Source of the DNA: Candidatus Eiseniibacteriota bacterium
GTDB taxonomy: Bacteria; Eisenbacteria; RBG-16-71-46
DNA length: 64,000 nt
Direction of reading: 5' to 3'
Assembly (NCBI GenBank): GCA_963717505.1
Contig: OY970342.1
Span: 256,001 to 320,000, forward strand
Under the pieces are notes generated by a model that was not told where the DNA came from, did no database searches, and saw nothing but the letters and a program-made list of their open reading frames with translations. The stretch's first letter is position 1, and every line of letters begins with the position of its first letter. This document shows positions 8,157-17,458 of the stretch, one piece after another. Position numbers and translations under genes: made by a program.

Positions 8157-10832
8157 CTACTGTAAGAGTATGAGCTTCCGGTTCATCGACCTGCCGGCGG
8201 ATGTCCAGCGAACGAAGTAGACGCCCGCGGGGAGCCGCAGGTTCCCGCGGCGGCCGTCCCAGAGCATCGAGTAGCTCCCGGCATCCATCGGTCCGTCGGC
8301 GAGCACGGCGGCCTCTCGCCCGGTGACATCCACCACGCTGATGCGGACCTGATTCCTGCGCACGAGCGCGAAGCTGATTTGGGTGCTGGCCGACACGGGA
8401 TTGGGAGCGATTCCCGTGAGGCCGCTGACCTGGACCGCCAGGATCGTCGCGGCGCTGATGGGTCCGAACGTGACGTGGGTTCCATCGGTGAAGTTCGCGG
8501 TCAGACGGTAGTAGTAGGTCTCGCCGGCTGCAGCCGTTGGGTCGAGGGCCTCGGTCCCGTCAGCCGTGCGGCGACTCTCCAACGTCAGCGGCATCCACGG
8601 ACCGTGCGGATGCGAGGCTCGCTCCAGTGCGACGCTGACGACGCGCTCCGGCTCTCCAAATTGCCATCGAAGCTGGACCCCGGCGCTCGTCGCCTCGGCA
8701 TCGAAGCGGGCGAGGAGCGTGGGCGTGGGTGAATCCTGCATGGCAGCGAAGCCGCGGGCATTGCGCCCGCCGATACTCGAGAAGGAGCCGCCAGCGTACA
8801 CGGTCGAGCCGCCGATGGCCAGCGCGTAGATCGTTCCATCCGGATTCGGGTTCCACGCGGTGGCGAGCCCAGTCTCGGCATCCAGTGCCGCGAGATGACT
8901 GCGGGTCTGCCCGCCAATGACACTGAAATCGCCGCCCGCATAAACGGTCGAGCCGCTCACGGCAAGCGTCCCCACGATGTTGTCGGCCCCGGGGTTCCAG
9001 TCGGTGGCGAGCCCGGTCGTGGCATCCAGTGCCGCGATCAGCTGGCGGCTTTGCCCGCCGATGGTGGTGAAGTAGCCGCCCACGTAGATCGTCGAGCCGT
9101 TCAAGGCAAGACCGTATATATATGAGCCGATCGGTGCCGCGTCGAAGCTCGTGGCGAGTCCGGTGGTGGCATCCAAGGCCGCGATCAGGTTGCGACTTTG
9201 CCCACCGATGGTCGTGAACGTGCCGGTCGTGTACACCGTCGAGCCGCTCACCAGAATGTCACCCACGGGGGCATCCGCACCGGCGTCCCAGGGTGTGGCG
9301 AGCCCCGTCGCAGCGTCGAGCGCCGCGATCCCCCGGCGGCTCTGACCACCGATCGTGAAGAAGGATCCACCCGCGTACACGGTCGAGCCGCTCACGGCCA
9401 GTGCGGTCACGTAGGAGTCGACCTGGGGATTCCACGCAGTTGCGAGTCCCGTGGTCGCATCGAGTGCCGCGATGCCGAAGCGGTTCTGCCCGCCGATGTA
9501 GGCGAAGCGCCCTCCGGCGTATACCGTCGACCCGCTGACGGCCAGAGCGACCACGAAGTCGTTGGCCCCCGGGTTCCAGTCAGTGGCATGCCCCGTCGTG
9601 GCATCCAGTGCCGCGATGTATTGGCGACTCTGTCCGCCGATCATGGAAAAGAGCCCGCCCGCGTACACCGTCGAGCCACTCACCGCAAGCGTGCGGACAT
9701 AGGATTCGGCGCCCGAATTCCACGCGGTGGCGAGTCCGGTCGTGGCATCCAGCGCGGCGATGTAGTTGGAGCTTCCGCCGCCCATGGCGAAGAACTCACC
9801 CCCCGCGTACACCGTCGAGCCGCTCACCGCGATCGTGAACACGTGATACCCGGTCGCCCCGGGGTCCCACTCGGTCGCGAGTCCGGTCGTGGCATCGAGT
9901 GCCGCGATCAACGTTCGGGCCTGGCCGCCGATGTGATAGAACCCGCCACCGGCGTAAACAATGGGGCCGTTCACCGCCAAGGCGAAGACTTCGGCGTCCG
10001 CCCCCGGATTCCAATCGGTGGCGAGCCCCGTCGAGACATCCAGTGCGGCGATGTGGCCGCGGCTCTGACCGCCAATGCTGGTGAAATAGCCACCGGCGTA
10101 CAACGTCGAGCCGTCCAGCGCGAAGGCAACCACGCTTTGATCTGCCCCCGGGTTCCAGTCCGTCGCGAGCCCGGTCGATGCGTCCACCGCCCCGATGTAG
10201 CCGCGGCTCTGTCCGCCGAGGGTGCTGAAGATCCCGCCCACATAGACGGTAGAGCCACTCGCCAACACGGTCCACACGAGTGCGCTCGCCCCGGGATTCC
10301 AGTCCGTGGCGAGCCCGGTCGATGCATCGATGGCCGCGAGGTTGCTGCGGCTCTGTCCGCCGGCGCTGGTGAAGGCGCCACCCGCGTATATGATCGAGCC
10401 GCTGACGGCCAGCGAGAACACGGAGCCGTTCGCCCCCGGGTTCCAGTCGCCGAGCGACTTGTCGGCAAAGATGTGGGCGAGCCGGTTTCGAGCAACGCCT
10501 CCGACGGCCGTGAACGTTCCTCCGATGTACCACCCGCCCGCCCCATCCGGCGCCGAGGCGAACACGTTGCCATCGACCCGCGGCCAGCCGGCCTCTGGCG
10601 TCCCCGTCCCAACGTCGAGTCCGACGAAGGAGCCCGTGCTGGGACCGACGAACGTGAAGCTTCCGCCCAGGTAGACGGTATTCCCCGCTGTCGCGACGGC
10701 GGAGACGTAGCCGTTCGTGCTCCACATGTTCGGATCGACGATCTGCGCCCGCGCCGCTTCGGCCGCAAGGCCGAGCGCGATCAGGGTGGCGACCATGCAC
10801 CGTGTGAGGTGCCGCACGGGAGCGTTGCTCAC
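8157..10832 (-). CDS. Exported tandem-repeat beta-propeller protein with FlgD-Ig/T9SS-like C-terminal domain
   Basis: About 13 repeats of ~48 aa (ALAVSGSTVYAGGxFxxIGGQSRxxIAALDATTGLATxWNP). CTD APNP...DVTGRE...WDG...GVYFVRW. GTG start overlaps the upstream stop. Confidence 0.85.
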   Translation of the reverse strand: MSNAPVRHLTRCMVATLIALGLAAEAARAQIVDPNMWSTNGYVSAVATAGNTVYLGGSFTFVGPSTGSFVGLDVGTGTPEAGWPRVDGNVFASAPDGAGGWYIGGTFTAVGGVARNRLAHIFADKSLGDWNPGANGSVFSLAVSGSIIYAGGAFTSAGGQSRSNLAAIDASTGLATDWNPGASALVWTVLASGSTVYVGGIFSTLGGQSRGYIGAVDASTGLATDWNPGADQSVVAFALDGSTLYAGGYFTSIGGQSRGHIAALDVSTGLATDWNPGADAEVFALAVNGPIVYAGGGFYHIGGQARTLIAALDATTGLATEWDPGATGYHVFTIAVSGSTVYAGGEFFAMGGGSSNYIAALDATTGLATAWNSGAESYVRTLAVSGSTVYAGGLFSMIGGQSRQYIAALDATTGHATDWNPGANDFVVALAVSGSTVYAGGRFAYIGGQNRFGIAALDATTGLATAWNPQVDSYVTALAVSGSTVYAGGSFFTIGGQSRRGIAALDAATGLATPWDAGADAPVGDILVSGSTVYTTGTFTTIGGQSRNLIAALDATTGLATSFDAAPIGSYIYGLALNGSTIYVGGYFTTIGGQSRQLIAALDATTGLATDWNPGADNIVGTLAVSGSTVYAGGDFSVIGGQTRSHLAALDAETGLATAWNPNPDGTIYALAIGGSTVYAGGSFSSIGGRNARGFAAMQDSPTPTLLARFDAEATSAGVQLRWQFGEPERVVSVALERASHPHGPWMPLTLESRRTADGTEALDPTAAAGETYYYRLTANFTDGTHVTFGPISAATILAVQVSGLTGIAPNPVSASTQISFALVRRNQVRISVVDVTGREAAVLADGPMDAGSYSMLWDGRRGNLRLPAGVYFVRWTSAGRSMNRKLILLQ
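8760..10440 (-). repeat. Intragenic ~144-bp tandem repeats encoding propeller blades
   Basis: Recurring + strand blocks 'accgtcgagccgctcac' and 'gtggcgagcccggtcgtggcatcc'. Confidence 0.85.
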
Positions 10833-13055
10833 TCCAACACCACCGCCCGCGCGTGGCGGATCTCATTCCCCTGGACCAGGCGTAGCATGTAGACCCCGGG
10901 TGGAACACGCGGCTCCGTCGCCGAGATGAACCACGTGCGGGCCGGGGCCGAGAGCGCCGACCTCGCGGGCCTGCACCCGGCGCCCGGCCAGATCGAGCAT
11001 CTCGAGACTCGCGGGCTCGGTGCTCACCAGCGAGAAGTGAATCGTGAGCCCCCTTCCGGTGGCCGGATTCGGCCGCAGGCCCGCCAGCGAAAGCGCCACT
11101 CCATTTGGCACGTCGATCTGCACCTCGTCGGCGATTGCCCACTGTCCGTCCGACCACACGCTCAGCCGATAGGCATAGTGGCCGCCGGCTTCGATGTCGC
11201 GATCCTCGAACGAGACCTCGCCGGTGCCGTCGGAACTCGCCTGCCCCACTTCGAACCAACTCGAGGCTGTCGTGCTCCGCTCCAGTCGCGCGACTCCACC
11301 CTGCCCCAGCCGCCAGTGCAGAACCACGTGGTCGGGTGAGGCGTCCACATCGATCAACGAAGCCAGCGTCGCGGTCGAGCCGTCGGGCGTGAACCTGTAG
11401 TTGGCGTTGTAGATCTGCAGGGCCCTCGCCACCGAGCCGCGCATCTGGTCGAGATCGGCGCCGAAGGCAAGTGCGACGCTCATCCGCTCGGTCGCTCCTG
11501 CCTCGAGGCGGAACGGCCCAGAGGCCAGCAGGAACCCGACGTTGTAGTTGGACGTCAGCGGTTCATCGAAGCGTGCCGGCTCGTAAGGGTCCGTGAACTT
11601 TTCGTACAGCCGTTGCGGCCAGTTGTTCTGGTCCGTGAAGAACACGATGTTGTCGACGGTCGGGTTGGGATTCCCTTGCCCGGCGTGGATGCGGTTCAAC
11701 TTGAAGCCGCTGAGCCCGATCTGATCCGACTCGTTGAGATCGGTGCGGCCGAAGTTGGGCTCGCCCTCGGTTGGGTTGCCGTCGAGCTCGCCGGTGTCCT
11801 TCGTGCCTGCCACCCCGTCGGCGCCGACGTCGTCCACTTGGGAATCCCAGTCCAGTTCTTCGTCGCCGGTCCACCAGACGCCACTCTGGTAAGCCGGGCG
11901 TTGATCGAGCGGGCCGTAGGCGATTTCGAGCTTGGTCAGGTCGTAGACGGCGGTGACGAAGTCACGGATGGCCTGCTGGCCCTGGATCAGCATTCCCGGC
12001 CCGTTGTCGCGCGCCTCATCGGTGATCCCGTCGTCGTCGTTGTCGACTCCGTCGAACGGGTTCCCCGGGCTCTCGAGGAAGGCGTATCCCAGGTAGCCGG
12101 TGGCGCCACAGAGGCCCGAGAGATCGACGCCGTGACCGTAGAGGTCCCACGTGTAAACCACGTCGAGCGGTGCACCGGTCGAGGTCGTGGAACGATCCAA
12201 GTAGACGCCCTCGTCGTCGGACTCGAAGATCCCATCGCACGAGAGCCGCGAGCCGCCGATACCGGTATCCACGTAGAGGCCGAAGATGATGTTGTCGTCG
12301 TAGTCGGTAGTGCCTTCGTTGGTGATGTCGTAGAGCCAGAAGGCCACGTTGCCGGCTTGGGTGTGGGCCCACTGCAGGCCGCGCACCTGAACACGCAGGC
12401 CGAGCCCGCGTCGGGTCGGGTCGTTGCTGTCGGGGTAGAAGTCCCAGGCGTCGTAGAAATCGTCGTCCGTGACCGTGTAGCTCTCCTGGTCGGCCGCGGG
12501 GTACTTGCCGAAGTAGCCATTCCAGGAACCCCGCCAGCCGGGATCGCTGGGGTCGTCGAGCTTGTCGGGCCAGGAGTCCGGCCAGGTGCGCGGGTCGTTG
12601 CTGATGGCCGGAGAGCGTGCCTGGTTGACACTGGGATCCGGCTGGATGTAGCCGGGCCGGGGCTCGAAGCGCATGACACGGTTGGTGAGCGGGCTGATGC
12701 CCTGTCGCTCGCGGAACCCCGTTTCCATGATGTAGGCGTCGCTCCCGTTGTTCTGCCGGATCTTCGCCAGCACGAACGGCGTGAAGCCCTCGCCGTAGTT
12801 CATTCCCGAGCCCTTGGGCGCTTCGATCGAATGGAAGATGCTGAGATCGACGTTGAGGGGATCCTGCGGGAAGTCGCCGACCATGCCGAAGTTCCAGAAC
12901 ACCGTGCGGATTCTCCCGGTGTCATGCGTGCCGGCGCGCTCGGCTTGGGTGGTGCCGCGCTGACTTGGCGGCACGCTGGTCGGCGCGGCGCCCGCCGCGG
13001 ACACCGGCGCCATGAGGAACAACACGATCGCCAGCATCACGCGTCCCGGTCTCAT
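10829..13055 (-). CDS. Large exported protein of unknown function with DxDxDG Ca-binding loops and a CTD; single frameshift near 10908
   Basis: RBS GGAGG, then MRPGRVMLAIVLF. Contains DGVDNDDDGITDE. The CTD continues in another frame as VPPGVYMLRLVQGNEIRHARAVVLE*, ending at a GTGA overlap with the next gene. Confidence 0.75.
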
Positions 13056-13182
13056 CGGCGACCTCCGGAGGCAGTATACACCCCCGGTTGTAAGACCTCG
13101 CGCCCAAACGTGTCCGCGTCTGTCCGCGCGCTCCACACTTCGGGCCGTTGCAGGCAATCCTCGCTAGCGTCATCCTGTCGGG

Positions 13183-14145
13183 ATGCGCGCGCATTGGTTG
13201 TTGGTTTCCGGCCTGCTCGTGGCCGTCATCGGCTGCGGCGGCGATAAGAGTCGCATCCACGCGAGTGGCATGCTCGAAATGGACGAAATCGACGTCGCCT
13301 CGCTGGTCGGCGGTCGAGTGGCCCGGCGGTACGTCGACGAGGGTGCCACGGTCCGCGTCGGCGACACGCTGGCGGTGCTCGAGCGCGACGAGGTGGTGGC
13401 CGAGCTACGCGCCCAGACCGCGGCGGCCAATCGCGCGTCGGCTCAGTCCCGCGAGGTCTCCCGCGGCCCGCGTGCGGAAGAGATCGAGGAAGCCCGTGCC
13501 ACGCTGGCGTCGAGCGAGGCGCGGCTGACACTCGCCGAATCGGACCTGGGCCGCATCACGCAACTGTACGAGGCGAAGGTGGTGGCCGCAGCCGACTACG
13601 ACCGCGCGCTCAACGCGCGCGACGAGGCGCGGGCCCAGCGCAACGCCGCCCGCGAGGCGCTCCGCATGCTCGAGGCCGGCAGCCGCCAGGAGGAAATCGT
13701 CGCCGCGCGCGAAGCCGCGGTCGTGGCCGACGCCGAGCTGCAAGCTGCACAAAGTCGCAGCCGCGAGCTGGTGCTGCTCTCGCCGGTGAACGGCGTGGTG
13801 CTGCTCTGCAACTTCGAGCCGGGCGAGCTGGTCCAGGCCAACCAACCGGTGGTGACGCTCGGGAACCCCGACAGCCTGTGGATTCGCGCCTACGTGGCGG
13901 CACCCCTGGTCACAAACATCCGGCGCAACGCGCGAGCGACGGTGCACCTCACCGGCGATTCACGCGGCTTTCCCGGCCGGGTCGCCGAGATCGCGACCCG
14001 GGCCGAGTTCACGCCCCGCGCCGCCCTCACCGAGGAGGAGCGCGCGAACATCGTGTTCGCGGTCAAGGTGGTGCTCGATCCGACCAACGGAGCGCTCAAG
14101 GCCGGCATCCCGGCCGACGTCGTGATCGACATCGCGGAGAAGTAA
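13183..14145 (+). CDS. HlyD/YbhG-family membrane fusion lipoprotein
   Basis: Lipobox VIGC, biotinyl-like hairpin, coiled coil and AEFTPR motif. Confidence 0.9.
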   Translation: MRAHWLLVSGLLVAVIGCGGDKSRIHASGMLEMDEIDVASLVGGRVARRYVDEGATVRVGDTLAVLERDEVVAELRAQTAAANRASAQSREVSRGPRAEEIEEARATLASSEARLTLAESDLGRITQLYEAKVVAAADYDRALNARDEARAQRNAAREALRMLEAGSRQEEIVAAREAAVVADAELQAAQSRSRELVLLSPVNGVVLLCNFEPGELVQANQPVVTLGNPDSLWIRAYVAAPLVTNIRRNARATVHLTGDSRGFPGRVAEIATRAEFTPRAALTEEERANIVFAVKVVLDPTNGALKAGIPADVVIDIAEK

Positions 14146-14146
14146 C

Positions 14147-14878
14147 ATGAGCGATGCGGTCGTTCGCGTGAGCCACCTCACGAAGACCTTCGGTCCCGTG
14201 AAGGCGGTGCAAGACGTCTCGTTCGACATCCACTCGGGCGAGCTATTCGGGATCCTCGGGCCCAACGGATCCGGCAAGACCACCACGATCCGCATGCTGT
14301 GCGGCCTGATGACTCCGACTTCGGGATCGGCCACGGTCGCCGGCTTCGACGTCGCAACCCGGCCGGATTCGGTCAAGGCCCACATCGGTTACATGTCGCA
14401 GGCCTTCGGTCTCTACGGGGACCTGACCGCCGAGGAGAACCTGCGCTTCTACGGTGGGCTCTACGGGATCGAGGCCGAGTTGGATCAGCGGATCGCCTGG
14501 GCCCGCGAGCGGATGCGGCTCGATGAGATCTTCGGCCGACTCGTGGATCCCATGTCGGGCGGGCAGAAACAGCGGCTCGCCCTCGGGTGCGCGATGTTGC
14601 ACCGCCCGCCGGTGCTATTCCTCGACGAACCCACCGCGGGCGTGGACCCCGGCGCTCGCCGGCTCTTCTGGCGGATCATTCGAGCGCTCGCGTCGGAGGG
14701 CACGACGATCATCGTCACCACGCACTACATGGACGAGGCCGAGCGTTTCGACCGAATCGCGTTCCTCTCCCGCGGGCGCCTCACCGCATTGGGTACGCCG
14801 GCCGAAGTCCGCGCGACCTTCGGCGAGAACCTGACCCTCGAGGACATCTTCGTTCAACTCCAGGAGCAGGACGCATGA
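14147..14878 (+). CDS. ABC transporter ATP-binding protein (YbhF-like)
   Basis: Walker A GPNGSGKTT, signature MSGGQ, Walker B LFLDEP, H-loop TTH. Confidence 0.95.
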   Translation: MSDAVVRVSHLTKTFGPVKAVQDVSFDIHSGELFGILGPNGSGKTTTIRMLCGLMTPTSGSATVAGFDVATRPDSVKAHIGYMSQAFGLYGDLTAEENLRFYGGLYGIEAELDQRIAWARERMRLDEIFGRLVDPMSGGQKQRLALGCAMLHRPPVLFLDEPTAGVDPGARRLFWRIIRALASEGTTIIVTTHYMDEAERFDRIAFLSRGRLTALGTPAEVRATFGENLTLEDIFVQLQEQDA

Positions 14879-15999
14879 GCTTCGCGCGGTTGCGCTCGAT
14901 CTTCTGGAAGGAGTTCATCCAGATGCGCCGCGACCGGCACACCTTGCGGCTGCTGCTGCTCGTGCCGGTGATGCAGCTTCTGATGTTCGGCTTCGCGATC
15001 CGCCAGGAGGTCCGCAACCTGCCGACCGTGGTGCTCGACCTGTCGCGCTCCCAGCAGAGCCGCGATCTCGTGCAGAAATTCGAGGCGACGGACAATTTCG
15101 AGATCCGCGGCGCCGTGCCCTCGTATGAGTCGGCGATCGCACGCATCAATGCCGGCCGCGCCAAGGCGGCGATCGTGATTCCCGAAGACTACGCGCGCAG
15201 CCTCAAGCGGGGACGACCGGTCGAGGTTCAGGTGCTGGTCGACGCCACCGATCCGACCGGTTCGCAGGCCGCGATCGGCGCGGCGCAAATGGTCGGACTC
15301 AGCATCAGCAGTCAGCTGATGCGCGCCGCCACCGGGACGCCGCGCAATACGGCGACCCCGCTCGACGTGCGGGTCCGGCCGTTGTACAACCCCGCGCTCA
15401 CGAGTGCCCTGTTCATCGTGCCCGGCATCATCGGGATGATCCTCTCCAACATCCTCATCCTCATGACCGCCATGGCCGTGGTGCGCGAGCGCGAAGTCGG
15501 GACACTCGAGCAGCTCATCGTGACCCCGCTCAGGAACAGCGAGATCATGCTCGGGAAGATTCTGCCGTACGCGCTGGTGGGCCTGGTGCAGATCACGGCG
15601 GTAATGGTGGTCGGACACCTGCTCTTCCGGGTTCCGATCCGCGGCAGCCTGGTGCTGGTCTACCTGATGGCGCTGCTGTTCATCGTGGCCAATCTCGGCC
15701 TCGGACTCTTCATCTCGACCCTGACCAAGAGCCAGGTCCAGGCAATGCAGACCTCGTTCCTGTTCATGTTGCCGAACGTACTGCTCTCCGGGTTCATGTT
15801 TCCACGCGAGGCCATGCCCGATGCCGCACGCTGGATCGGCTACGCGCTGCCCCTCACCTACTTCCTGCAGGTGATCCGGGCCATCTTCCTCAAAGGCGCG
15901 GGCTTGCCCGAGCTGTGGCCGCAAGCGCTGGCGCTGGTGGGGTTCGCGGTCCTGTTTTTCACGTTCTCGACGCTGCGCTTCCACAAGCAGCTCGAGTAG
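14875..15999 (+). CDS. ABC-2 type transporter permease (YbhS/YbhR-like)
   Basis: KEFIQMRRD, VREREVGTLEQLIVTP, LSGFMFP; ATGA overlap with the ATPase. Confidence 0.93.
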   Translation: MSFARLRSIFWKEFIQMRRDRHTLRLLLLVPVMQLLMFGFAIRQEVRNLPTVVLDLSRSQQSRDLVQKFEATDNFEIRGAVPSYESAIARINAGRAKAAIVIPEDYARSLKRGRPVEVQVLVDATDPTGSQAAIGAAQMVGLSISSQLMRAATGTPRNTATPLDVRVRPLYNPALTSALFIVPGIIGMILSNILILMTAMAVVREREVGTLEQLIVTPLRNSEIMLGKILPYALVGLVQITAVMVVGHLLFRVPIRGSLVLVYLMALLFIVANLGLGLFISTLTKSQVQAMQTSFLFMLPNVLLSGFMFPREAMPDAARWIGYALPLTYFLQVIRAIFLKGAGLPELWPQALALVGFAVLFFTFSTLRFHKQLE

Positions 16000-16069
16000 C
16001 CGCCCTCCTCGCGGAAACCCTGCGAATGCTTGGCGAGAATGATCGGGCTTTCGCGCTAGACTGCCGCCC

Positions 16070-17452
16070 ATGCGCCTGACCGAGGTGCTGGCCGCAGTCA
16101 ATTACCGGGTCGCCGGGATGGTGATGGGCACCACCGCCCGGATCTATTTCCGCGAGATCGCGACCCGCGACCTCGACCGCATCCCGGCCAAGGGCCCGCT
16201 GCTGGTGGTCGCCAACCATCCGGCGTCGATCACCGACGTCATCGTCCTGGCCACGGCGGTCCCGCGCCACCTCCACTTCCTGGCCATGGCCGGAATCTTC
16301 AAGCCATGGATCCGCGGGTTCGCGCTGCGGCTGTGCGGCACGCTGCCCATCTACCGGCGCCAGGACGATCCGACCCAGATGCACCGGAACGAGGACACGT
16401 TTCGCGCGTGCCACGAGCTGCTCGACCGCGGCGGGGCGGTGCTGATCTTTCCCGAGGGCACCAGCATCACCGACCGCCAGATCGTCCCGATCAAGACCGG
16501 TGCTGCGAGGCTCGCCCTCGCGCAGGAACGCCGGCCCGACCAGGCGGGCCGCCTGACGCTGCTCCCGATCGGGCTCCATTTCGCCGATCGCACCGGCTTC
16601 TGGACCGAGGTCACGGTTTCCGTGGGAACACCGATCGACCTGTCTGCATTCGTCCAACAATCCGCGGCCGATGAGCCCGAAACCGTCCGCCAACTGACGG
16701 CACACATACAGGGTGCCCTCGAAGGACTCATCCTGCACGTGCCGGAGACCGAGCGCGTTCCATTGGTCCATGCGATCGAGGAGATCTACCGGACCGATCT
16801 CGAGGCGGACACCGGTGCACGTGGTATCGAGGCCGCGCGCGGCATCGCGGAATGCATCGAGCATTTCTCCCGCGTCGATCCCGAGCGCATCGAGAGGGCC
16901 CGCGCTCGGGTCGATCGTTACTACCGCCACCTTGCCGCGCTCCGGGTTCACGACGAGACCGTGAATCAGATGCTGCCGGCTCCGGGGCGAGGCTGGGAGC
17001 GGCTGCGACTCGTGGTACTTGGATTGCTCGGGCTCTTGCCGGCGTTGATCGGACTCTTGATTCACTACGTTCCCTACCGCCTGACGGCTGCAGTCGGCAT
17101 GCTGACATCGGATCCCACACGCAAGGCGGCGTTCCGGATGGGTTCGGCGGTGGTCTGGTTCCCGCTGACCTACGCGGCTCTGGCATGGCTCTTCGCCAGT
17201 GTTTTCGGCTGGTCGCCGCTCCAAGCGATCGCGGGGCTGTTGTTCTCCGCTGCCCTCGGGCTCCACGCCTTGCTCTACATCAACTGGCTGGCGCGCCAGT
17301 CCCTGCGCATTCGACTCGTGATCCTCAAGGTGTGGCATCGCCGCTCGGTGGCTCGGCTCAGGCGCGAGCGACACGAGATCATTCGCATGTGCGACGCGTC
17401 CAAGCGCGAGTTTCGGACGACCCGGGCGAACCGCGAGACGGGCGCCGCGTGA
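16070..17452 (+). CDS. PlsC-family lysophospholipid acyltransferase with C-terminal TM segments
   Basis: NHPASITD (HxxxxD), IFPEGT and KTGAARLA motifs. Confidence 0.88.
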   Translation: MRLTEVLAAVNYRVAGMVMGTTARIYFREIATRDLDRIPAKGPLLVVANHPASITDVIVLATAVPRHLHFLAMAGIFKPWIRGFALRLCGTLPIYRRQDDPTQMHRNEDTFRACHELLDRGGAVLIFPEGTSITDRQIVPIKTGAARLALAQERRPDQAGRLTLLPIGLHFADRTGFWTEVTVSVGTPIDLSAFVQQSAADEPETVRQLTAHIQGALEGLILHVPETERVPLVHAIEEIYRTDLEADTGARGIEAARGIAECIEHFSRVDPERIERARARVDRYYRHLAALRVHDETVNQMLPAPGRGWERLRLVVLGLLGLLPALIGLLIHYVPYRLTAAVGMLTSDPTRKAAFRMGSAVVWFPLTYAALAWLFASVFGWSPLQAIAGLLFSAALGLHALLYINWLARQSLRIRLVILKVWHRRSVARLRRERHEIIRMCDASKREFRTTRANRETGAA

Positions 17453-17458
17453 GGCGGC

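Noticed and set aside
8760-10440. Regular DNA repeats as a possible CRISPR array
   Set aside because: They are degenerate ~144-bp in-frame coding repeats with no repeat-spacer structure and no cas genes nearby.
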